A DNA stretch of 41,541 bases from NCBI GenBank assembly GCA_030627705.1, contig DAOVTE010000002.1, forward strand, positions 1 through 41,541, given 5' to 3'. The notes beneath the pieces are model-generated. The model saw nothing but the letters and a program-made list of their open reading frames with translations. It had not been told where the DNA came from and did not search any database. The number at the start of each line of letters is the position of its first letter. The first letter of the stretch is position 1. Below, piece by piece: positions 1 to 10,466 of the stretch. The stretch is from Bacteroidales bacterium (GTDB lineage Bacteria; Bacteroidota; Bacteroidia; Bacteroidales; JAFGXI01). The position numbers and the translations under genes were made by a program.

Positions 1-813
1 AAAGGTATTGGTAATGGTATATCATTAATCATTATGATTGGTATTATCGCAAGATTACCTTTCTCATTTGTAGCAGAATTTGGTAGCAGAATGGATGGAG
101 CAGGCGGTTTAGTCGCATTCTTGCTAGAAATAGTAATACTCCTTATTGTAATAATGTTCTCAATACTTCTTGTACAAGGAACTCGTAGAATTCCCGTTCA
201 ATATGCTAAACGAGTTGTTGGAAATAAACAATATGGAGGAGTTCGTCAATATATACCATTAAAAGTAAATGCATCTGGAGTAATGCCTATTATATTTGCA
301 CAAGCTTTAATGTTTGTTCCAATGATGGCAGCAGGTTTTGTAAGCTCAGATTCAGCTTCTGGTTTTGCGGCTGCATTTTCAGATTTTACAGGATTTTGGT
401 ATAACTTTACATTTGCATTAATGATTATCATTTTTACATATTTTTATACAGCTATTACGATTAATCCTAATCAAATGGCAGAAGATATGAAAAGAAATGG
501 TGGTTTTATACCAGGTATTAAACCAGGTAAAAAAACTGTAGAGTTCTTAGATGGAGTAATGTCTAAAATAACTTTACCAGGATCTATGTTTTTAGCATTA
601 ATAGCTATTTTACCAGCATTTGCTGTAATAGCAGGAATAAATAACCAATTTGCACAGTTTTATGGAGGAACATCTTTACTAATTTTAGTAGGTGTTGTTT
701 TAGACACTTTGCAACAGATAGAAAGTCATTTGTTGATGAGACATTATGATGGACTTGTTAAATCTGGTCGTATTAAAGGAAGATCAGGTGGAGCTGTTGG
801 TGCAGCTATTTAA
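1..813 (+). CDS. secY: Preprotein translocase subunit SecY (5' truncated by window edge)
   Basis: Frame open from base 1 (KGIGNGISLIIMIG). SecY motifs RRIPVQYAKR, YIPLKVNASGVMPIIFA, GGFIPGIKPG, GGTSLLILVGV. Position in the spc operon. Confidence 0.99.
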   Translation, partial: KGIGNGISLIIMIGIIARLPFSFVAEFGSRMDGAGGLVAFLLEIVILLIVIMFSILLVQGTRRIPVQYAKRVVGNKQYGGVRQYIPLKVNASGVMPIIFAQALMFVPMMAAGFVSSDSASGFAAAFSDFTGFWYNFTFALMIIIFTYFYTAITINPNQMAEDMKRNGGFIPGIKPGKKTVEFLDGVMSKITLPGSMFLALIAILPAFAVIAGINNQFAQFYGGTSLLILVGVVLDTLQQIESHLLMRHYDGLVKSGRIKGRSGGAVGAAI

Positions 814-819
814 CGTTCT

Positions 820-1605
820 TTGATGATTTATTATAAAACAAACGAAGAAATTGAGCTGATGAGAATCAGCAACTTAATGGTTTCTAAAACTCATGCTACA
901 ATTGCAGAGTTTATGATACCAGGAGTTTCTACCCTTAAAGTAGATAAAGTTGCCGAGCAGTTTATCAGAGACAATGGAGGAGTACCAGGATTTTTAAATT
1001 ATCATGGTTTTCCAAACACATTGTGTATTTCAGTTAATAATCAAGTGGTACATGGTATACCTTCAGATTATGAAATGCAAGAAGGCGATATTGTTTCAGT
1101 AGATTGTGGTGTTGTAATGAATGGATTTCATGGAGATTCATGTTACACATTTGCAATAGGAAATATTTCTGTTGAAAAAGAAAAATTGCTAAAAATTACT
1201 CGTGAATCTTTATACAAAGGTATAGAGCAAGCAGTAGTAGGTAATCGAATTGGTGATATAGGATATGCAGTTCAACAACACGCAGAAGAAAATGGTTATT
1301 CTGTAGTAAGAGAACTTGTAGGTCACGGAATAGGAAAAAATCTTCACGAAAAGCCTGAAGTTCCCAATTATGGCAAACGAGGAAGAGGAATAAAACTAAA
1401 GGAAAATATAGTTTTAGCTATTGAACCAATGATTAATATGGGAAAAAAAGAAATAAGACAAGCTAAAGATGGATGGACAATATTTACTGCAGACAATAAA
1501 CCATCTGCACATTTTGAACATACAATAGCTGTTAAAAATAATAAAGCTGATATTCTATCAAATTTTGATATTATTGATAAAGCAGTAAATAAAGTAAAAA
1601 ATTAG
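820..1605 (+). CDS. map: Type I methionine aminopeptidase
   Basis: [34 protein letters not shown] and SAHFEHT motifs. Start is TTG 820 or ATG 823. Confidence 0.98.
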   Translation: MMIYYKTNEEIELMRISNLMVSKTHATIAEFMIPGVSTLKVDKVAEQFIRDNGGVPGFLNYHGFPNTLCISVNNQVVHGIPSDYEMQEGDIVSVDCGVVMNGFHGDSCYTFAIGNISVEKEKLLKITRESLYKGIEQAVVGNRIGDIGYAVQQHAEENGYSVVRELVGHGIGKNLHEKPEVPNYGKRGRGIKLKENIVLAIEPMINMGKKEIRQAKDGWTIFTADNKPSAHFEHTIAVKNNKADILSNFDIIDKAVNKVKN

Positions 1606-1606
1606 T

Positions 1607-1828
1607 ATGGCAAAACAAGCATCCATAGAACTAGATGGTAATATTATTGACGCATTATCAAATGCTAAGTTTAAAGTAGAACTAGAAAACGGGCATGTTA
1701 TTACAGCTCACATATCTGGGAAAATGAGAATGCACTATATTAAAATTTTACCAGGTGATAAAGTAAGAGTGGAAATGTCACCATACGATTTAACTATTGG
1801 AAGAATAACTTTTAGATATAAAAAATAA
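1607..1828 (+). CDS. infA: Translation initiation factor IF-1
   Basis: [37 protein letters not shown]. Confidence 0.99.
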   Translation: MAKQASIELDGNIIDALSNAKFKVELENGHVITAHISGKMRMHYIKILPGDKVRVEMSPYDLTIGRITFRYKK

Positions 1829-1834
1829 ACTCAA

Positions 1835-1951
1835 ATGAAAGTAAGAGCATCTGTTAAGAAGAGAAGCGAGGACTGCAAAATAGTACGCAGAAAAGGACGC
1901 TTATATGTTATAAATAAAAAGAACCCTAAGTTTAAACAACGTCAAGGATAA
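1835..1951 (+). CDS. rpmJ: 50S ribosomal protein L36 (38 aa; not in ORF track)
   Basis: Manual translation [38 protein letters not shown]; ATG 1835, TAA 1949-1951; lies between infA and rpsM. Confidence 0.98.
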   Translation: MKVRASVKKRSEDCKIVRRKGRLYVINKKNPKFKQRQG

Positions 1952-1972
1952 TAAATAATAAATAATTTTAAT

Positions 1973-2350
1973 ATGGCTAGAATATCCGGAGTAGATATAC
2001 CTGATAATAAAAGAGGTGAGATTGGATTAACTTATATTTTTGGAATTGGAAGAAGTACTGCAATAAGTATTTTAGGTAAACTAGAAATAGAAAAAAACCA
2101 AAAAATTTCTGAATGGACTGATGATCAAATGTCTAAAGTTAGATCTTACATTGCTGATAATTTAAAAATTGAAGGTGAATTAAGATCAGAGGTTCAATTA
2201 AACATAAAACGTTTAATGGATATTGGTTCTTACAGAGGTATTAGACACAGAACAGGATTACCAGTTCGTGGACAACACACAAAAAACAATGCAAGAACTA
2301 GAAGAGGTAAAAAGAAAACAATTGCTAATAAAAAGAAAGCTACAAAATAA
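1973..2350 (+). CDS. rpsM: 30S ribosomal protein S13
   Basis: [10 protein letters not shown]...[26 protein letters not shown]. Confidence 0.99.
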   Translation: MARISGVDIPDNKRGEIGLTYIFGIGRSTAISILGKLEIEKNQKISEWTDDQMSKVRSYIADNLKIEGELRSEVQLNIKRLMDIGSYRGIRHRTGLPVRGQHTKNNARTRRGKKKTIANKKKATK

Positions 2351-2362
2351 ATAATTTTTGAT

Positions 2363-2752
2363 ATGGCGAAAAAAACTAAAGCTGCAAAGAAAAGAGTTGT
2401 AAAGATTGATGCTGTTGGGCAGATGCACATACATTCATCTTTTAATAATATTATCGTTACAATGACAAACGATAGTGGTCAAGTAATATCTTGGTCTTCT
2501 GCAGGAAAAAAAGGATTTAGAGGTTCTAAAAAGAATACCCCATATGCAGCACAAATGGCTGCTGAAGATTGTGGAAAAGCAGCTTACGATTTAGGATTGA
2601 GAAAAGTAAAAGTATATGTAAAAGGTCCTGGTGCTGGTAGAGAAGCTGCAATTAGAGCAGTATCTGGTTTAGGAATAGCTGTAGCAGAAATTACAGACGT
2701 TACACCTTTACCACATAATGGATGTCGTCCACCAAAACGAAGAAGAGTTTAA
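2363..2752 (+). CDS. rpsK: 30S ribosomal protein S11
   Basis: [40 protein letters not shown]. Confidence 0.99.
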   Translation: MAKKTKAAKKRVVKIDAVGQMHIHSSFNNIIVTMTNDSGQVISWSSAGKKGFRGSKKNTPYAAQMAAEDCGKAAYDLGLRKVKVYVKGPGAGREAAIRAVSGLGIAVAEITDVTPLPHNGCRPPKRRRV

Positions 2753-2781
2753 TTAATTAAGAAATTTAATACATTTTATAA

Positions 2782-3390
2782 ATGGCTAGATATAGAGGTC
2801 CGAAATCGAGAATTGCTAGAAAATTCGGAAGTCCTATTTATGGACCTGATAAAGTTTTAGAAAAGAAAAACTATTTACCAGGACAACACGGGGCAAACAG
2901 AAGGCGAGGAAAAAAATCTGAATATGCTGTTCAGTTATTAGAAAAACAAAAAGCTAAATATACTTACGGTGTATTAGAAAAACAATTTTCTAATTTATTC
3001 AAGAAAGCTACAAGATCTAAAGGAGTAACAGGTGAAGTATTGTTACAATTACTAGAAGCAAGATTAGATAACGTAGTATACAGATTAGGTTTATCTCCTA
3101 CAAGAGATGGAGCAAGGCAATTAGTATCACATAAACATATAGTTGTTAATGGTATTAATTTGAATATTCCTTCTTATCACGTAAAAGATGGTGACATTAT
3201 TAGTGTAAGAGAAAAATCAAAATCGTTAATAGTAATATCAGATTCGTTATCAGGTTTCAATCATTCTAAGTACTCTTGGATGGAGTGGGATCAAGAATCA
3301 ATGAGCGGAAAATTCTTAAATATTCCAACTCGAGAAGATATTCCAGAAAATATCAAAGAACAATTAATTGTAGAATTATATTCTAAATAA
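2782..3390 (+). CDS. rpsD: 30S ribosomal protein S4
   Basis: [43 protein letters not shown]. Confidence 0.99.
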   Translation: MARYRGPKSRIARKFGSPIYGPDKVLEKKNYLPGQHGANRRRGKKSEYAVQLLEKQKAKYTYGVLEKQFSNLFKKATRSKGVTGEVLLQLLEARLDNVVYRLGLSPTRDGARQLVSHKHIVVNGINLNIPSYHVKDGDIISVREKSKSLIVISDSLSGFNHSKYSWMEWDQESMSGKFLNIPTREDIPENIKEQLIVELYSK

Positions 3391-3407
3391 TAGGTAATAA
3401 CTGTTTT

Positions 3408-4400
3408 ATGGCAATAATAGATTTTCAAAAACCAGATAAGGTAATAATGATAGACTCAGATGAAAAATTCGGAAAATTCGAATTTAGACCCCTAGAGCCT
3501 GGATATGGAGTTACCATAGGAAATGCTTTGAGAAGAATTTTGTTATCATCATTAGAGGGATTCGCTATAACTTCAATTAAGATTGAAGGAGTTGAGCACG
3601 AATTCTCAACCGTAAAAGGTGTAATCGAAGATGTAACTGAAATTATTCTAAACTTAAAGCAAGTTAGATTTAAACGTCAAATTGATGATGTAGATAATGA
3701 AGTTGTTAATGTAATTATTTCTGGCAAAGATGAATTCAAAGCTGGAGATATTACTAATTTTCTTAATAATTTCGAAGTTCTAAATCCAGATTTACTGATT
3801 TGTAAATTAGAACCTAATGTTAAATTTCAAATAGAGTTAAGTATTGACAAAGGAAGAAAATATGTTTCTGCCGAAGATAATACAAACGAAGAAGCTGAGT
3901 TTGGTATAGTACCAATCGCATCTATTCATACTCCAATTAGGAACGTTAAATATTACATCGAGAATATACGTGTAGAGCAAAAAACAGATTATGAAAAATT
4001 AGTTTTCGAAATCGAAACTGATGGTTCTATACATCCAAAAGAAGCATTAAAAGAAGCTGCTAAATTGCTTATTCATCACTTTATGTTATTTTCTGACGAA
4101 CATATTTCGCTTGATACAGGTGAAAATAAAGAAAATGAAGAATTCGACGAAGAAGTATTACATATGCGTCAACTGCTAAAAACAAAATTAGTAGATATGG
4201 ACTTATCTGTGAGAGCACTTAATTGTCTTAAAGCAGCAGATGTTGATACACTTGGCGAATTAGTTGTTTTTAATAAAAATGACTTATTAAAATTCAGAAA
4301 TTTTGGTAAAAAATCATTAACAGAATTAGATGATTTATTGATACATCTAAACCTTAATTTCGGAATGGATATATCAAAGTTTAAATTAGAAAGAGAATAA
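3408..4400 (+). CDS. rpoA: RNA polymerase alpha subunit
   Basis: [43 protein letters not shown]. Confidence 0.99.
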   Translation: MAIIDFQKPDKVIMIDSDEKFGKFEFRPLEPGYGVTIGNALRRILLSSLEGFAITSIKIEGVEHEFSTVKGVIEDVTEIILNLKQVRFKRQIDDVDNEVVNVIISGKDEFKAGDITNFLNNFEVLNPDLLICKLEPNVKFQIELSIDKGRKYVSAEDNTNEEAEFGIVPIASIHTPIRNVKYYIENIRVEQKTDYEKLVFEIETDGSIHPKEALKEAAKLLIHHFMLFSDEHISLDTGENKENEEFDEEVLHMRQLLKTKLVDMDLSVRALNCLKAADVDTLGELVVFNKNDLLKFRNFGKKSLTELDDLLIHLNLNFGMDISKFKLERE

Positions 4401-4435
4401 AATAATCTCATAGTAGAGAGTAATAGAAGAAAGTA

Positions 4436-5089
4436 ATGAGACACGGAAAGAAATTCAATCATTTAGGAAGAAAAACAGCACATAGAAAAGCAATGCTTTC
4501 TAATATGGCAAACTCTTTAATCCTTCACAAAAGAATTAAAACAACAGTTGCTAAAGCAAAAGCTCTTAGAGTTTATGTTGAGCCATTAATTACAAAGTCA
4601 AAAGATGATTCTACACACTCTAGAAGAGTTGTATTCTCTTATCTTAAAGATAAATATGCTGTAACCGAATTGTTTAGAGAGGTATCTACAAAAGTAGCAG
4701 ACAGACCAGGTGGTTATACAAGAATTATTAAATTAGGCAATCGTTTAGGTGATAATGCAGATATGTGCTATATCGAACTAGTTGATTATAACGAAAACTT
4801 AATAAAAGAGCCTAAAGGTAAAGCATCAACAGCTAAAAGAAGCCGTAGAGGTGGTAAAAAAACTACTACTGCTGCAAGTACTACTCCAGTAGAAACTAAA
4901 GAAGAAACTGTTGTTGAGGAAGTAAAAACAGAGGTTGAAACAAAAGCTAAAGAAGAAGTTAAAGTAGAAGCAAAAACTGAAACTAAACCCGAAGCTAAAC
5001 CAAAAGTAAAGGCAAAAGTAGAAGCAAAAGCTCCAAAGAAAGAGCCTAAGCCTAAAAAAGAGAAGAAAGAAGATAAATCTGAAGAATAG
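4436..5089 (+). CDS. rplQ: 50S ribosomal protein L17 with long K/E/A/P/T-rich C-terminal extension
   Basis: [32 protein letters not shown], followed by a low-complexity tail of about 95 aa. Confidence 0.99.
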   Translation: MRHGKKFNHLGRKTAHRKAMLSNMANSLILHKRIKTTVAKAKALRVYVEPLITKSKDDSTHSRRVVFSYLKDKYAVTELFREVSTKVADRPGGYTRIIKLGNRLGDNADMCYIELVDYNENLIKEPKGKASTAKRSRRGGKKTTTAASTTPVETKEETVVEEVKTEVETKAKEEVKVEAKTETKPEAKPKVKAKVEAKAPKKEPKPKKEKKEDKSEE

Positions 5090-5106
5090 ATTTATTTCAG
5101 AATAAT

Positions 5107-5143
5107 AAAAAAAGGGTATCTAAATTTTAGATACCCTTTTTTT
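5107..5143 (+). terminator. Intrinsic (bidirectional-type) terminator ending the ribosomal operon
   Basis: A7-GGGTATCTA-aattt-TAGATACCC-T7 directly after rplQ. Confidence 0.93.
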
Positions 5144-5260
5144 GTGCATAATTCAAAGGTGTGTTTCGAAATATTTGATAAGATATTTTGTAACATGCGC
5201 TATTATTATTGAAAATAAAAAATTATCTTGCGACATACTACTTTTTTAAAATAAACAATT

Positions 5261-6196
5261 ATGAAAAAAATAAAACTATTATTTATATCTAGTTTGGTTT
5301 TACTTTATAGTTATAGCAATTCTCAAACAAAAATTAGTTTTGTAGATACTACTGCAATATGGTCTGTTGCAAAAACTTATCCTAATGCAAATGCACAATA
5401 TCCAAATTTTATTGAGACCAAAACTATATTGTATGGTTATAGTGGAGATACATTAATAGGAGGCGATTTATGGCTTAAAATGTATAGCACATTTGATTCT
5501 AGCTTTTCTTCAAACCTTACTTTGTTGGGAAATATTAGGGTGGTTGGTTCTCTAATATTATTTATGGATACGCTAGCTAATGTAGATACAATATACAATT
5601 TTAATATAAATATTGGAGATTCTGTTTTATATAATCTTGGGCAAGATATTGTTTATCTTGAAATAGAAAATATAGATAGTATTTTGATAAATAACGTTTA
5701 CCATAAACGATTTTTTATTGAAGAGCCAAATTCCCCACCATTAATATTAAATGAAGTATGGGTAGAGGGTATAGGTAGTATTAGAGGTGGACCACTATTC
5801 CCTAAATATTCTTTTTTGAGTAATCTGTATGAGTTTTCAGATTCTGTAAACTTATTGTGTTATAAGAATAATAATTCTGTGCTTTGGCAAAATACGAGCT
5901 ATTCAGGTTGTTATATTAACAATATTTTATCAATAAATAAAAATATAAATAATAAAAATGCACTAAACGTATATCCAAATCCATCGAAAAACAAATTAAT
6001 AATTGAGTATAACTTTATTGATTTTAATACTATCAATGTGGAAATTTATAATGCTAATGGATGCATAGTTTTGTCTGAAGTACTTAATAACTCTAAATTA
6101 GTAATAAACACAAACGAATTAAATCAAGGGATTTATTATATTCTTATTAAGAATGACCAGAAATTAATTAAAACAACAAAGTGGGTTAAAATTTAA
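5261..6196 (+). CDS. T9SS type A sorting domain protein of unknown function
   Basis: N-terminal signal peptide; C-terminal VYPNPS...GIYYILI..KWVKI CTD; internal GDTLI, YNFNINIGD and WVEGIGS motifs. Confidence 0.85.
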   Translation: MKKIKLLFISSLVLLYSYSNSQTKISFVDTTAIWSVAKTYPNANAQYPNFIETKTILYGYSGDTLIGGDLWLKMYSTFDSSFSSNLTLLGNIRVVGSLILFMDTLANVDTIYNFNINIGDSVLYNLGQDIVYLEIENIDSILINNVYHKRFFIEEPNSPPLILNEVWVEGIGSIRGGPLFPKYSFLSNLYEFSDSVNLLCYKNNNSVLWQNTSYSGCYINNILSINKNINNKNALNVYPNPSKNKLIIEYNFIDFNTINVEIYNANGCIVLSEVLNNSKLVINTNELNQGIYYILIKNDQKLIKTTKWVKI

Positions 6197-6256
6197 TATT
6201 TTTTTTGCTTAATTCTCTTACACTTGCCTCAAAAATAATTAGTATTTTGCAGCGCA

Positions 6257-9200
6257 ATGAGTACAAGAAATGTATTACATACAAAACTTGATAGTTTTAT
6301 TAGAAAATATTATAAGAACCAGATAATAAAGGGTATTATTTTATCTTTTACTATTTATATTTCTTATTATTTGGTTTTGCTTGTATTAGAGCATTTTAAT
6401 CATTTTTCAACAAATATTCGCACAGTGTTATTTTACTCAGCTCTAATTATTTTCGCATCAGTTTTTGTGTATTTTATTGCTATTCCTACATTAAAATTTC
6501 TACGAATAGGTAATATAATTTCTTACAAAAAAGCATCAAATATTATTTCTAATCATTTTGCAGATATTAAAGATAGCCTCCTAAATACCCTAGAGCTAGA
6601 AGTTCTTACACAAACAAATAGTACTGCATCTAACCAATTAATATTGGCAAGTATAGATAAAAGGGTATTGTCTTTAAGTCCTATTCCGTTTACATCTGCA
6701 ATAAATTTTAAGCAGAATTATAAATATGTAAAATATTTATTTCTAGCTTTTTTATTGGGGACATTAATATATCTTTTTTATCCTACAGTTTTTAAAAATA
6801 GTACCCAACGCTTAGTAAACTATAATACCTTCTATAAAGCAGATAGTCCGTTTAAATATAATTTGTTAAATGATTCGTTATTTGTAAAAAAAGGCGAAGA
6901 CTTCACTCTTAAACTAAAAATTACTGGCGAATTTACACCATCAGAAGTTTTTATAGAATACGGAGGTAGTAAGTTTCTTATGAAGAAAACAAAAACATCA
7001 AGTTTCGAGTACGATTTTAATAATATAAATAACGATATAGATTTTAATTTTGCCGCAAATGAGATTTATTCTAGAGATTATAGTTTAAGAACACAGCCTG
7101 CCCCGTTGGTTCTAGATTTTACTGTTACAATAGAAGTGCCATCGTATACACAAGAACAAAATCAAATAATTAAGAATGTTGGAGATATAACTATTCCTTA
7201 TGGATCTAAGTTAATTTGGAATTTTAAAACTATAGATACAGAGCAGTTACAGTTTATAATTAATGATACAAGCCTTATTGATGCTGAGAAAGAAAATCAC
7301 GATTTTGTAATAAAAAAGACATTGTATAAGTCCTTAAATTATTCAATAAACACAAGAAATAGCTTTTTCGCAAATAATAATGTTATTAATTATAATATTA
7401 ACGTTATACCAGATTTATTCCCAACAATTAAAGTGCAAGCAATTAGAGATAGCACAAATCTTAGAGTGTTTTATTTTAAAGGCTTTATTAACGACGATTA
7501 TGGATTATCTAACCTAGAGTTTATTATACATAATAAATCTAATGATGATAGTATTAGCACAATTAAAATTGATATTATTCCCAATGTATTATCGCAAGAG
7601 TTTTATTATGCTTTCGACTTTACCAATTTTTTATCTTCTGAAGAGATTGCCGAATATTATTTTAAAGTTTGGGATAATGATGCAGTAAGTGGAAATAAAT
7701 TTTCTAAATCTACTGTTTATTCTATAAAATTACCATCGAAAGAAGAAGTGCAGAATTTAATTGATGAAAAAAATAAAGAATTAGAAAATAAGCTTAACGA
7801 AAGCACAAAACTTATAAATGATATAAAAAAAGATATAGAGAAGCTACAGGAAGATATAATTAATGATAAATCTAATTCTTGGGAGCAAACAAAATCCTTG
7901 CAAAATATTATAAAAAAGCAGAATAAATTAAATCAGATAGTAGAAAATCTAGCTCAAGAAAATGCCGAGAATAATAAAATGAAAAACGAATTCTTAAATC
8001 AAGAAAAGGATATTCTCGAAAAACAAAAGCAGATAGAAGAATTAATGGAGAGTGTACTTTCAGATGAGCTTAAAAAACTAATGAAGGAATTGCAAGAAAT
8101 GATGAAAGATTTTAAACCAGAGGAGTTTAATAAACTTGCTGAGGATTTAAAAATGTCTAACGAAGAAATGAACGACCAATTAGATAGGAATCTAGAACTG
8201 CTCAAGCAAATGAAGGTTGAACAAAGAATAGAAGAAACTATAAATAAATTAGAAGAATTAGCCCAGAAACAAGAAAAATTATCTGAGCAAGCAAAAGATA
8301 AAAGCAAAATAGAAGACACAAAAAAACAGCAAGTAGAGCAAGAAAAGGAATTTGAAGAAATAAAAGAAAAATATAAAAAAGCCCAAGAGGAGAATAAGGA
8401 ACTAGAAAATCCGATGAGTCTTGATGAGCTTAGTGAAGAAGAAAAGGAACTAGACGAGGATTTTAAGAAATCAAATGAAAATTTACAAAATAAGAATTCT
8501 TCTAAGGCTAGTAAAAGTCAGAAAAAAACATCTCAAGATTTAAAAAAGATGTCTTCTATGCTAAAGAGCATGATGAAACAAAATGCAGAAGCTCAAGCTA
8601 CTGAAGATATGGATAACCTTAGAAATATTATAGATAATCTAACAATCTTTTCTTTTAGTCAAGAAGAATTAATTTCGGTACTAAATGGATTAAGTAATAG
8701 AAATCCAATATACGTAGAAACCGTTAATAATCAGTATCAATTAGAGCAGCGATTTAAAGTAATAAATGACTCGTTATATGCTTTAAGCAAAAGGGTAACG
8801 CAAATATCTACACCTATTAGGTCTGAGTTGTTGAGTATTAAATCTGACTTATCTGAAATAACAGTGTTGTTAGAAGATAGAAAAAATTCACGAACTAAAA
8901 TAAAGCAGCAAAATGTGATGACATCTGCTAATAATCTATTGCTTTTATTGTCTGAAATGTTACAGCAAATGCAAAAGCAGCAGGCTCAAAAAATGAAAGG
9001 TGATCAACAATGCCAAAAACCTGGAAATGGAAAACCGTCTTTGTCTAAAATGAAAAGCTCTCAGAAATCGCTAAAAAAGCAATTAGAATCTATGATGCAA
9101 CAAATGAAAGATGGTAATAAAGGTAAAGATGGAAAACCAAAGTCGTCAGGTTTAAGTAAACAACTTGCTCAATCTTTAGCACAACAAGAAAAATTTGAAC

Positions 9201-9580
9201 AAGCATTGAATTCTATAATGAATTCGTCTTCTGTAAATCCAGAAACAGCAAAACAACTAAATGAGATAAAAAAATTAGTTGAACAGAACAAAAATGACAT
9301 TGCTAATAGAAATATTACTAACCAAACCATAAATAGGCAAAACAATATAATTACAAGGCTATTACAGGCAGAGAATTCTGATTACGAAAGAGAGCTAGAT
9401 AAAAAAAGAAAGTCTGAAGAAGAAAAAAATCAAAAATATAGTAACCCTAGAGAGTTTTTCGAGTATAAGGACATACAAACTAATTTTAACGAAATGCTAA
9501 ATGTTAAAAGTATAAGGCTTAATAAGTACTATCAAAAGAAGTATAAATCATATATCATTAATGTTAATTTGAAAAATTAA
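6257..9580 (+). CDS. DUF4175-like large membrane protein (N-terminal TMs, Ig-like region, long coiled-coil/Q-rich C-terminus)
   Basis: Three hydrophobic segments, then DDYGL and YYFKVWDND motifs, then about 550 aa of E/K/Q heptad-rich sequence ending RQNNIITRLLQAE. Confidence 0.75.
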   Translation: MSTRNVLHTKLDSFIRKYYKNQIIKGIILSFTIYISYYLVLLVLEHFNHFSTNIRTVLFYSALIIFASVFVYFIAIPTLKFLRIGNIISYKKASNIISNHFADIKDSLLNTLELEVLTQTNSTASNQLILASIDKRVLSLSPIPFTSAINFKQNYKYVKYLFLAFLLGTLIYLFYPTVFKNSTQRLVNYNTFYKADSPFKYNLLNDSLFVKKGEDFTLKLKITGEFTPSEVFIEYGGSKFLMKKTKTSSFEYDFNNINNDIDFNFAANEIYSRDYSLRTQPAPLVLDFTVTIEVPSYTQEQNQIIKNVGDITIPYGSKLIWNFKTIDTEQLQFIINDTSLIDAEKENHDFVIKKTLYKSLNYSINTRNSFFANNNVINYNINVIPDLFPTIKVQAIRDSTNLRVFYFKGFINDDYGLSNLEFIIHNKSNDDSISTIKIDIIPNVLSQEFYYAFDFTNFLSSEEIAEYYFKVWDNDAVSGNKFSKSTVYSIKLPSKEEVQNLIDEKNKELENKLNESTKLINDIKKDIEKLQEDIINDKSNSWEQTKSLQNIIKKQNKLNQIVENLAQENAENNKMKNEFLNQEKDILEKQKQIEELMESVLSDELKKLMKELQEMMKDFKPEEFNKLAEDLKMSNEEMNDQLDRNLELLKQMKVEQRIEETINKLEELAQKQEKLSEQAKDKSKIEDTKKQQVEQEKEFEEIKEKYKKAQEENKELENPMSLDELSEEEKELDEDFKKSNENLQNKNSSKASKSQKKTSQDLKKMSSMLKSMMKQNAEAQATEDMDNLRNIIDNLTIFSFSQEELISVLNGLSNRNPIYVETVNNQYQLEQRFKVINDSLYALSKRVTQISTPIRSELLSIKSDLSEITVLLEDRKNSRTKIKQQNVMTSANNLLLLLSEMLQQMQKQQAQKMKGDQQCQKPGNGKPSLSKMKSSQKSLKKQLESMMQQMKDGNKGKDGKPKSSGLSKQLAQSLAQQEKFEQALNSIMNSSSVNPETAKQLNEIKKLVEQNKNDIANRNITNQTINRQNNIITRLLQAENSDYERELDKKRKSEEEKNQKYSNPREFFEYKDIQTNFNEMLNVKSIRLNKYYQKKYKSYIINVNLKN

Positions 9581-9644
9581 TAATTATTTTATTAGAGAAA
9601 ATATTAAATCACTTAATATTATTTCTTCAGAGTAAACTATTTAT

Positions 9645-10040
9645 ATGGAAAGTAAGATTGAATTTATATCTGAGAAAATAAATCTAAATAAGGCTGAAAA
9701 GTTTGTGGAAGAAATTAATAAAGAATTTAATTTATCTGAAGTAGTTTATGGCAATATATTAGTATCAGTAACAGAGGCAGTAAACAATGCAATATTGCAC
9801 GGAAATAAGCTTGATAAAACAAAAAATGTTGGTTTAGAATGTGAAATATCAAAAAAAGAAATCTCTTTTAAAGTAAGTGATGATGGGCAAGGTTTTGATT
9901 TTGACAATATTCCTGATCCTACATTACCAGAAAATATTGAGAAGTTAAATGGTAGGGGAGTATTTCTTATTAAAAACCTATCAGATAAAATGGAATTCTT
10001 TAATAATGGTTCCGTTATCGAATTCAAATTTAATATTTAA
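9645..10040 (+). CDS. RsbW-like anti-sigma factor Ser/Thr kinase (HATPase_c_2)
   Basis: N box EAVNNAILHGN, G1 box VSDDGQGFD, G2 box NGRGVFLI. Confidence 0.88.
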   Translation: MESKIEFISEKINLNKAEKFVEEINKEFNLSEVVYGNILVSVTEAVNNAILHGNKLDKTKNVGLECEISKKEISFKVSDDGQGFDFDNIPDPTLPENIEKLNGRGVFLIKNLSDKMEFFNNGSVIEFKFNI

Positions 10041-10046
10041 CAATTA

Positions 10047-10466
10047 ATGCCAATTAAATTCTTTGTGCAAGATAAGAACCCTCCTAAGTTTTTGCGAAAA
10101 CAAGTAAAATTATGGATTAGTAGCTGTGTGCATGAGCGAGGTTATGTTCTTGGCGAGATTAATTATATATTTTGTTCCGATGAATATTTGTTAGAAATTA
10201 ACAAGGAATACTTACAACATAATTATTTTACAGACATTATTACGTTTAATTACAACGAAGATAAAACTATAAATTCTGATATTTATATCAGTGTAGATAG
10301 GGTAAAAGAAAATGCAAAAACATTTAATCAAACTATTGTTAATGAGTTTTATAGAGTGTTAATTCATGGGATATTACACCTCACAGGTCAAAATGATAAA
10401 ACAAAAAAGGAAGAAATTCAGATGCGAAAATTTGAGGATTTGTGTCTTTCTAAAATAAAATTTTAG
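10047..10466 (+). CDS. ybeY: rRNA maturation endoribonuclease YbeY
   Basis: INKEYLQHNYFTDIITF, SDIYIS, HGILHLTG. Confidence 0.93.
   Translation: MPIKFFVQDKNPPKFLRKQVKLWISSCVHERGYVLGEINYIFCSDEYLLEINKEYLQHNYFTDIITFNYNEDKTINSDIYISVDRVKENAKTFNQTIVNEFYRVLIHGILHLTGQNDKTKKEEIQMRKFEDLCLSKIKF

Noticed and set aside
7700-9580. Long coiled coil as an SMC/Rad50-like or phage tape-measure protein
   Set aside because: No Walker motifs and no phage context; the N-terminal TMs and DDYG/WDND motifs fit a DUF4175-like protein.
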